Positions 36,608 through 42,916 of a DNA stretch of 42,916 nucleotides are shown piece by piece. A model generated the notes under the pieces. The model was given only the letters and a program-made list of their open reading frames with translations, made no database searches and had not been told where the DNA came from. This DNA is from Patescibacteria group bacterium. Lineage in GTDB: Bacteria; Patescibacteriota; Minisyncoccia; Phycocordibacterales; Phycocordibacteraceae. Made by a program: the position numbers and the translations under genes. Position 1 is the stretch's first letter. The number at the start of each line of letters is the position of its first letter. The stretch spans positions 1 to 42,916 of the forward strand of contig JANLHF010000003.1 in the NCBI GenBank assembly GCA_024653825.1. Direction: 5' to 3'.

Positions 36608-36671
36608 AGGGTAACTTCTTGATGGTAACATAGGGTTTCATTCTATATGGAGAGAAGAAAACATCACACAA

Positions 36672-38435
36672 ATGATAGATAGTAAAGGCGTGGCACTCGT
36701 TGTCTTCGGTAAGGAATTCCCGAGCCGAGGCATACGGGGACAGAAGTTCAGCATACTTATTGCAGACAAGATATTCCGAGAGAAAGCGGAAGTTTTCGGG
36801 TGTCCATTCGTCGAATTGGACTCCCTTGTCGGCCCGGGAAGCGTGTATGAAGCGGGAGTGTTACTGGACGAACTTTCCCTCTTGGAGCTTGCTGGTGGGA
36901 CTCGCATCACAAAGTCGTTCCTCTACAAAGGGTATGAGTTGTGGTGGACACACTACGGCAGTCTCTTTAATTATTTTTGTCTACCGTATACACAGTACAA
37001 AATTCTTTTAGAACAATTGAGAGGGTTTCAGAAGGTGTCTTTTTACCGCGCACCGTATAAAGCCCTGTTTTTTTACTATCTCAAAGCACAGGGGAGTGAA
37101 ATGAGCGAGCTACGGGAACCGGGCATAAGAAGCCCATCATTTCTTCCATTTGGCGTTTTATTGCAAACCTTTCTTACTCTTCTTTCTCTTCCGGTACTCG
37201 CGCTGCAGAAGCGTCGCCTGATGCTCTATACAGGTGACAAATTTGAGAAAGGCAAGGACTACGATTTCAGAATGAAATTCGTCTATGAAGAATTACGGAG
37301 TAAGAGGATTCGCTTTGTTGAGTTCATCCGCGGCTTGGAGTCATGGAAAGTGGTTCTACAGCACGCGTTCGTGCGGGGACGTCCAGTCGTGTATTCGGAA
37401 GGAATAGTTTTTCTCGCACAAATCGCAAGCCTGCTTTCAGGCGGGCGTTTTCGTACCCAATGGAAGTTAAATCGTCTCCTTCCTACTTTACCCACCGGTT
37501 CCGACGGGCACTTTAAGTTGATGATGTCCACCCACTACTTATCCGCTGTTTCTGTCGACCAGTGGGCGATACGGATAATGCGATGGATCCTGCAGATGGT
37601 GGGGATACGGGCGGCGTTCGTTCCCGCTACAAATGAAAGAAATTTTCACACGATTTTAGGATGTAAGTTGAACGATATACCGACTGTGGGGATTCTCCAC
37701 GGCGTCGCTTCTCGGTACGGCACCCCCTACGACTTTTTGCCCGGTTTTGATGGGGAGAAACTGTTGTCGGTTGATGCTTACGGCCTCTGGAGTGAGTGGT
37801 GGAAAGAATTTTATATAAAAAACAGCAAAGCGTATAGGCCGGGGCAACTCTTCGTGTCAGGCCCAATGCGACCCATTATAGAGAGTGTTGATGGAGAGTC
37901 TTCCAAAAAATCGCCGCACGGCACGACGCGTGTCCTGTTCATCTCCGAACAGGTTGCAGAACCATTGGAAGTATTGCTGTATCTGAAAGAACTGCTGAAG
38001 CAAAAAGACCTCGTCTGCACCATAAAGTTCCGTCCGTATCGGGACGGATTTGAAGAATGGATCCTTGCAAACGAGCCGGGGCTGCTTCAGAGCGGCGGGG
38101 TATCAATAGTCCGAGAGTCTATGCAAGAAGCAATTGCCGGTGCGGATGTCGTGGTTGGCTCATACAGTACTGCAGCGCTTGAGGCGTTCTTGCAACTAAA
38201 GGTTCCTCTTTTTATGCAAACGAAGAAGTGGGGTGACTACTATAGTATGTCTGAATCAGACGAGACACGGCGTTTCCTCGTGAAGAATCCGGATGAGCTT
38301 GTACAACAGGTGAGAGAGGTGGGCTCTGTGCCAAAAGAATTGCTTATGAAATTGCGCGAACAATACTTCGGTGATCCGCATAAAAACGGGAGCGCATGGG
38401 TCGTAGATCAGCTACAGCGTCTGCTCTCCCGTTAG
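36672..38435 (+). CDS. Uncharacterised GT-B-like surface-carbohydrate protein
   Basis: C-terminal half: GCKLNDIPTVGILHG, FVSGPMR, IKFRP, ADVVVGSYSTAALEA resembles TagF/CDP-glycerol or CMP-ulosonate transferase-type GT-B domains. Confidence 0.5.
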   Translation: MIDSKGVALVVFGKEFPSRGIRGQKFSILIADKIFREKAEVFGCPFVELDSLVGPGSVYEAGVLLDELSLLELAGGTRITKSFLYKGYELWWTHYGSLFNYFCLPYTQYKILLEQLRGFQKVSFYRAPYKALFFYYLKAQGSEMSELREPGIRSPSFLPFGVLLQTFLTLLSLPVLALQKRRLMLYTGDKFEKGKDYDFRMKFVYEELRSKRIRFVEFIRGLESWKVVLQHAFVRGRPVVYSEGIVFLAQIASLLSGGRFRTQWKLNRLLPTLPTGSDGHFKLMMSTHYLSAVSVDQWAIRIMRWILQMVGIRAAFVPATNERNFHTILGCKLNDIPTVGILHGVASRYGTPYDFLPGFDGEKLLSVDAYGLWSEWWKEFYIKNSKAYRPGQLFVSGPMRPIIESVDGESSKKSPHGTTRVLFISEQVAEPLEVLLYLKELLKQKDLVCTIKFRPYRDGFEEWILANEPGLLQSGGVSIVRESMQEAIAGADVVVGSYSTAALEAFLQLKVPLFMQTKKWGDYYSMSESDETRRFLVKNPDELVQQVREVGSVPKELLMKLREQYFGDPHKNGSAWVVDQLQRLLSR

Positions 38436-38447
38436 AAAACGGAACAG

Positions 38448-40229
38448 TTATTTCTTCACGACCAAATAATCGTCCAAGACCAGATAATCCATCTCGGTAG
38501 CCAAGAATGTCCTCAGTGTGTCTTCGGGAGTTTCCACAATCGGCTCGCCACCGAGATTGAAAGAAGTGTTTAGAATCAAGGGGACCTGCGTCAAATCATA
38601 AAAACTCTTAATGAGGTCGTAATAACGACCGTTAGCAGCTTGGGTAACTGTTTGGATTCGGCACGTCCCATCAACGTGAGTAACTGATGGAATGGTCCCC
38701 CGTTTATCTTCCTTTACGTTTGTGGCTAGCACCATGAAAGGACTTGTTTCATCGCAGTCGAAAAAGTCACCGACCCTTTCCTCCAGCACCGATGCGGCAA
38801 ATGGCCGCCAGGGCTCGCGATGCTTAACCCGCAGGTTCAGGACATCTTTCATATCGGGTCGCCGGGCATCGCATAGGATAGAACGATGTCCGAGTGCGCG
38901 CGGTCCGTATTCAGATCCCCCATAGAACCAACCAATGATATTACCATCGGCTATCAGACGGGCCGTCTCGGCGGCGATGTCCGCCGGTTTTGTATACGAG
39001 ATGCGTGCCCCGTCTTTTTTCAGTGCGGCTACGACCTCCTTTTCGGAATAAGCGCGACCAAGAGAGGCGCTTTCCATTTCGTAGAATCGCGGAAGGCCGG
39101 CGATCATGTGGTGACCGTAAAACGCAAGTCCCAACGGAATACCTGTGTCGGAGGAGGCAGGCTGAATGAAGATATTTTTAAAACCAACCTCACTTAAGAA
39201 ATTCATATTGGCGTCAATATTGAGCCCACACCCGCCGGCGACACACAGATTTTGTGACCGAGTTATCTTTTTTAATTGCATCCCAAGTAGTACGGCCACC
39301 CGCTCAAACACCTTTTGAACAGCATAGGCGACCGATGAATAATATTTGTCGGGCAGTTTCTCATCTGTACGTCGAGGATTCTTCAACTTGAGCTCTGGGA
39401 AAATAATAGTGGATTCAAAAGCACCATCTTCGGTAAGATGCCTTTGCGCGAAACGAATTATTGGTCGCAGCAAGCGAATAAGGCCGTGTCGTAGTCGGGG
39501 CAGGGCATTCGCGCGAGTTAGTGGCTGCTGCTGCGCATCCTTTCCCGGGAACGAGATGTTACTGTTGCAGACCACATGGCCGTTATGTTCGACGCACCAT
39601 TCATCATAGGGATGTTCCTTTAAGATTTGGTCGCTTCCGTATGGAGCTAGGCCCATCATCTTCCCCTCATTCAACGAGCCCAAATTGAGGTACTCGCAAA
39701 TGAAGGAGTATAGTTTCCCAATCCCGAATGTGTAGGGATAAAATCCATTTTCTCGCACATGGAGATTCTTTTTAATCAGTACCAGCTCTTTGTCTTGTCC
39801 GGAATACAAGCTCTCTGTTTCCGTCGCGTAGACACCTAAATGAGTGGCAAATCTTTCGCCGGCGCCATCGTAGATGAGGACGGCAGCTTCGGTAAAGGGC
39901 GAACAGAAGAAAGCCGACGCGGCGTGGGCATCGTGGTGGTTCACAATATGGATCTGCGCTTTGGAAAATATACCGTCGGTTTCCCGTGTGAAAGTTTCTG
40001 CCATCTTCGTTTGAGACGGCAAGCCGATCTGGTCAATCAATACCATATCTATGTCGGCGGGCTTTAAATCGAAATAATCCAGACAATAGGTAATGGATAG
40101 ACGTGGAAACATCTTTGAGGAATGCTTCACACGGTTGAGCCGCTCTTCAGCAATAGCTATAACGCGCTGATTGGAGATCAGTGCCGCTCCCGTATCATGT
40201 CCGGTTATTTTAACGCCGAGAATATTCAT
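38448..40229 (-). CDS. O-carbamoyltransferase, NodU/CmcH/TobZ family
   Basis: GHDTGAAL, EERLNRVK, HHDAHAASAF, DGAGE, GKMMGLAPYG, AGGCGLN, EYGPRALGHRSIL, KHREPWRPFA, LNTSFN. Confidence 0.95.
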   Translation of the reverse strand: MNILGVKITGHDTGAALISNQRVIAIAEERLNRVKHSSKMFPRLSITYCLDYFDLKPADIDMVLIDQIGLPSQTKMAETFTRETDGIFSKAQIHIVNHHDAHAASAFFCSPFTEAAVLIYDGAGERFATHLGVYATETESLYSGQDKELVLIKKNLHVRENGFYPYTFGIGKLYSFICEYLNLGSLNEGKMMGLAPYGSDQILKEHPYDEWCVEHNGHVVCNSNISFPGKDAQQQPLTRANALPRLRHGLIRLLRPIIRFAQRHLTEDGAFESTIIFPELKLKNPRRTDEKLPDKYYSSVAYAVQKVFERVAVLLGMQLKKITRSQNLCVAGGCGLNIDANMNFLSEVGFKNIFIQPASSDTGIPLGLAFYGHHMIAGLPRFYEMESASLGRAYSEKEVVAALKKDGARISYTKPADIAAETARLIADGNIIGWFYGGSEYGPRALGHRSILCDARRPDMKDVLNLRVKHREPWRPFAASVLEERVGDFFDCDETSPFMVLATNVKEDKRGTIPSVTHVDGTCRIQTVTQAANGRYYDLIKSFYDLTQVPLILNTSFNLGGEPIVETPEDTLRTFLATEMDYLVLDDYLVVKK

Positions 40230-40263
40230 TGAGTAAATCCTTTATACCAGGTATTGTGAGCCT

Positions 40264-41229
40264 ATGAAAGAGCAAAGTCCGGAACACAGGGCTAAACGGA
40301 CGCTTGTTGCCGCCCAAGACGCCCTCCGCCATCTTACAAGCTCTCTTGCAGGTGTTCGTCGAGCGGTGAAGCTTATTGAAGGGCGAAAAGGGGATATTAT
40401 TGTGACTGGTATCGGCAAGTCCGGGTTCATAGGACAAAAGTGTGCCGCCTCCCTCACTTCGCTTGGTGAGAAGGCTTTTTTCATTCACCCAACAGAAGCG
40501 TTGCACGGCGACTTCGGTATGTTGTCAAAGGGCGATGTTCTCATTGCGCTTTCATTCTCGGGAGAAACTAAGGAGGTCGTGAGCATCGCCAAGTACGCCA
40601 AGAAAAATTTTGCGGTTCCCGTCATTGCACTTTGCAAGAGCTCCAATTCGTCGCTCGGTAAGATTGCAGATTCCTGTGTACCGATAGTTATCAGATCCGA
40701 GGGAAGCCCGAACGGTATCGCACCAATGGCTTCAACGACCGCGATGTTGGTTGTCTGCGACATGATTGCGGCGTCAGTAATGAGTATCAACTTTAAGGAC
40801 GAGCATTTTGCCGCGTATCATCCCGGCGGAGCATTGGGACTACGTTTAAAAAGGGTGGAGGAATTGATGAAGAAAGGTATCGCCATACCGAAAGTAAAAG
40901 AGACCGACACCTTCTTAAGAGCGGTCAAAGAGATAAATGATAAGAGAATGGGGATTACGGCAGTTATTGGAGCGCACGGGAAGATAACAGGCGCGATAAC
41001 CGACGGCGATATCAGACGCTTTGTTCTGAGGAACAAACTCACCTCGTCAGCAACGGCGAAGAATACGATGACCCTCAAGCCGAAATGCGTGCAGGCGACT
41101 GACTCGCTCGAGAAGGCACTTGACGCTATGGAGAGCTATAAGATAACCAGTGCGTTTGTACTGGACGCACGCGGAAAACTCGTAGGAGTTATTCATATTC
41201 ACGATATTATTGAGCACACGATTGTTTAA
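40264..41229 (+). CDS. kpsF: KpsF/GutQ-family arabinose-5-phosphate isomerase (SIS + 2 CBS)
   Basis: TGIGKSGFIG, HPTEALHGDFG, SFSGET, PMASTT, YHPGGALG, ITDGDIRR. Confidence 0.92.
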   Translation: MKEQSPEHRAKRTLVAAQDALRHLTSSLAGVRRAVKLIEGRKGDIIVTGIGKSGFIGQKCAASLTSLGEKAFFIHPTEALHGDFGMLSKGDVLIALSFSGETKEVVSIAKYAKKNFAVPVIALCKSSNSSLGKIADSCVPIVIRSEGSPNGIAPMASTTAMLVVCDMIAASVMSINFKDEHFAAYHPGGALGLRLKRVEELMKKGIAIPKVKETDTFLRAVKEINDKRMGITAVIGAHGKITGAITDGDIRRFVLRNKLTSSATAKNTMTLKPKCVQATDSLEKALDAMESYKITSAFVLDARGKLVGVIHIHDIIEHTIV

Positions 41230-42485
41230 TGCGTTTCACTTTTGAAAGGGTACGTGACAAGATAATACGACAGGAGACCGCTGAAAACCCGCACTGTTAT
41301 TTGTGCCACGACCAAACCCATAAGTCCAAACGAAGGAATGAGTACGAAGTAGAGAATTATCGTGGTGATTGGAATAACGGTTCGGCTTAGATATAATTCA
41401 CGTTTCTTTCTGTGGGCAACTAGATGTGAGTCGAGCACGGAGCCTACGATGCCGAACAGAGTGAGAGAATACACTTGTGAATAAAATACCGACTCAATAT
41501 ATTGGGGGTAAAAGAACTTGTAAAAGTAGGGAATGAGGGGGATATAGATACCGACGAGGACGGCGGCGTAGGCCGCAAGCATCCATATCCTGCGCGGGGC
41601 GGATTTCTGCAAATCTGTAAATGACCGACCGCTTAACTTCGGCAGCATAAGTGCATTCAATATTTTTTTTCCGCTCTGCAGTTGTTCAACGGGAGCAATA
41701 GCAAATGCGTAGACAGCCAGAGGGACTGCGCCGAGGTAGTGGAAGACAAGTATCTTATCAAGATTGCCGGCAACCTGTCCTATAACTCCCATCACACCCA
41801 AATGTCCGGCATAGGATACAAGCCCGGGTTCTTCTTTTTCATTTTCTCCTCGGTAGGCAGATCGCGTCGCATAATAAAGGAATAATGAAACGAGCGCCGT
41901 GGAAACGAAATAGACAGCAATAAGAATCAACAGGCTCTGGGTCAGGAAGATGGTGATGATAAGAGCGACGGCGGGTACGACGTTTCGAATGACGCCATAC
42001 AGGGTGCTTCTCTTGAAATCTTTTTTACCGAGCAGGTATGCGCCATACAGACCGGCACTTGCGGCCACCGGCGTTAAAATGCCCGCCAACAGAAACGAAA
42101 GAGAAAGCAAGGCGTTGCCGTTTACGTAGTAGTACACACTCAAAACGAGCCCTGCCAAGATTGTACCGATGCTCCATTTCAAGTTGGCTCGGAATCCCTG
42201 TCGCAGAGAATTGCCGAAGCCACGCGCGACTGCTTGCGTGACTGCCGTCCCCATATCTATGAAAGAGAAGACCCCTATCAACGCCACCGTGGAGAGGACG
42301 AATTTATAGGTGCCGAAAGACTCCTTGGGGAAGAAATTAGCGAAGGCGAGCGATACGAGGAATCCCAAAGCCATATTGATGCCTTGGCCAAACGACATCC
42401 ACGAGCCGCCCTTGGCGAGGTACACCATGTCGGCCTTAAAAAACGCTTCGCTTCGGCGGAGGATGGAGACGGCGCGGTCTTTCAT
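41226..42485 (-). CDS. wzx: Wzx-type oligosaccharide flippase
   Basis: About 12 TMs; PKESFGTYKFVLS, DKILVFHYLGAVPLAVYAFA, LIPSFGLMG. Confidence 0.85.
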   Translation of the reverse strand: MKDRAVSILRRSEAFFKADMVYLAKGGSWMSFGQGINMALGFLVSLAFANFFPKESFGTYKFVLSTVALIGVFSFIDMGTAVTQAVARGFGNSLRQGFRANLKWSIGTILAGLVLSVYYYVNGNALLSLSFLLAGILTPVAASAGLYGAYLLGKKDFKRSTLYGVIRNVVPAVALIITIFLTQSLLILIAVYFVSTALVSLFLYYATRSAYRGENEKEEPGLVSYAGHLGVMGVIGQVAGNLDKILVFHYLGAVPLAVYAFAIAPVEQLQSGKKILNALMLPKLSGRSFTDLQKSAPRRIWMLAAYAAVLVGIYIPLIPYFYKFFYPQYIESVFYSQVYSLTLFGIVGSVLDSHLVAHRKKRELYLSRTVIPITTIILYFVLIPSFGLMGLVVAQITVRVFSGLLSYYLVTYPFKSETH

Positions 42486-42534
42486 TGTGTGCCACTACTA
42501 TAACTCTTTCCTAGGTGGTATAGTTGCCCACATC

Positions 42535-42916
42535 ATGCAGTCTGACGGGACAGCGAAAAGCATCGCACGGTGGGTAGCGCTCGGGGCGTTGTTCCTCATC
42601 CCGTTTACCCCGCTCATTGTCGCGAACACGTACTTCTTCCCCTTTATTACCGGTAAGGCGTTTTATTTCCGCATTCTCGTTGAAGTGGTCGTTGCCGCGT
42701 GGGTAGTGCTCGCACTTCTTGATAAGGAATACCGTCCCCGCTTTTCTTGGATAGGAGCGGCGGTACTCGCTTTCGTCGTTTGGATGTTTGTTGCGGATGC
42801 CTTTGCGCTGAATGCCACGAAAGCGTTCTGGAGCAACTTTGAACGAATGGAGGGCTGGGTGCTTCTTGCGCATCTTCTCGGACTTTTCTACGCCGCCGGT
42901 GCGGTACTCCGCGTGG
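42535..42916 (+). CDS. O-antigen ligase/PglL-like membrane protein, 5' partial (absent from ORF track)
   Basis: Open from ATG 42535 to window end: MQSDGTAKSIARWVALGALFLIPFTPLIVANTYFFPFITGKAFYFRILVE...AFWSNFERMEGW; TGgTATAGT at 42516-24. Family call is from recalled motif similarity; the Wzy_C domain itself lies beyond the window. Confidence 0.7.
   Translation, partial: MQSDGTAKSIARWVALGALFLIPFTPLIVANTYFFPFITGKAFYFRILVEVVVAAWVVLALLDKEYRPRFSWIGAAVLAFVVWMFVADAFALNATKAFWSNFERMEGWVLLAHLLGLFYAAGAVLRV

Noticed and set aside
36647-36682. Upstream ATG near the 36672 gene suggesting a frameshift
   Set aside because: Out-of-frame 11-codon ORF; no evidence of a missing N-terminal domain without homologs

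Overview
Bacterial chromosomal window. Gene style, conserved hypothetical families and the general lack of Shine-Dalgarno motifs suggest a Patescibacteria/CPR (Parcubacteria-like) genome; this is inference, as no rRNA or marker gene is present. Bases 1-6 kb hold housekeeping and envelope genes: the 3' end of murI, murC, rsmI, a stand-alone VirD4/TraG-like ATPase and a FlgD-Ig/PKD/lamin-tail surface protein. From 6.08 kb to the end is one ~37-kb mosaic surface-glycan locus. It encodes about ten GT4-type enzymes, two GT2 polyprenol-phosphate sugar synthases, GtrA-like proteins, two paralogous GT-C-like membrane proteins, a GT9 heptosyltransferase-like enzyme, five or six SAM methyltransferases, a cobalamin-dependent radical SAM enzyme, a NodU-type carbamoyltransferase, KpsF, an RfbE-like epimerase, a Gmm-like NUDIX, Wzx and the 5' end of an O-antigen-ligase-like gene that is missing from the ORF track. 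Main highlights: (1) a heptose-type nucleotide-sugar module (transaldolase, diverged RfaE kinase, RfaE adenylyltransferase, GT9) that lacks GmhA and GmhB in the window but has a PMI-like cupin and a Cof-HAD beside it, suggesting a non-canonical higher-carbon-sugar pathway; (2) several palindromic DNA elements sitting inside protein-coding genes (murC, the VirD4-like gene, a GT4), with compensatory base changes and copies read in different frames; (3) a recurrent TAnnnT box 6-7 nt before start codons, suggesting widespread leaderless mRNAs. No tRNA, rRNA, CRISPR array or IS element was recognised.
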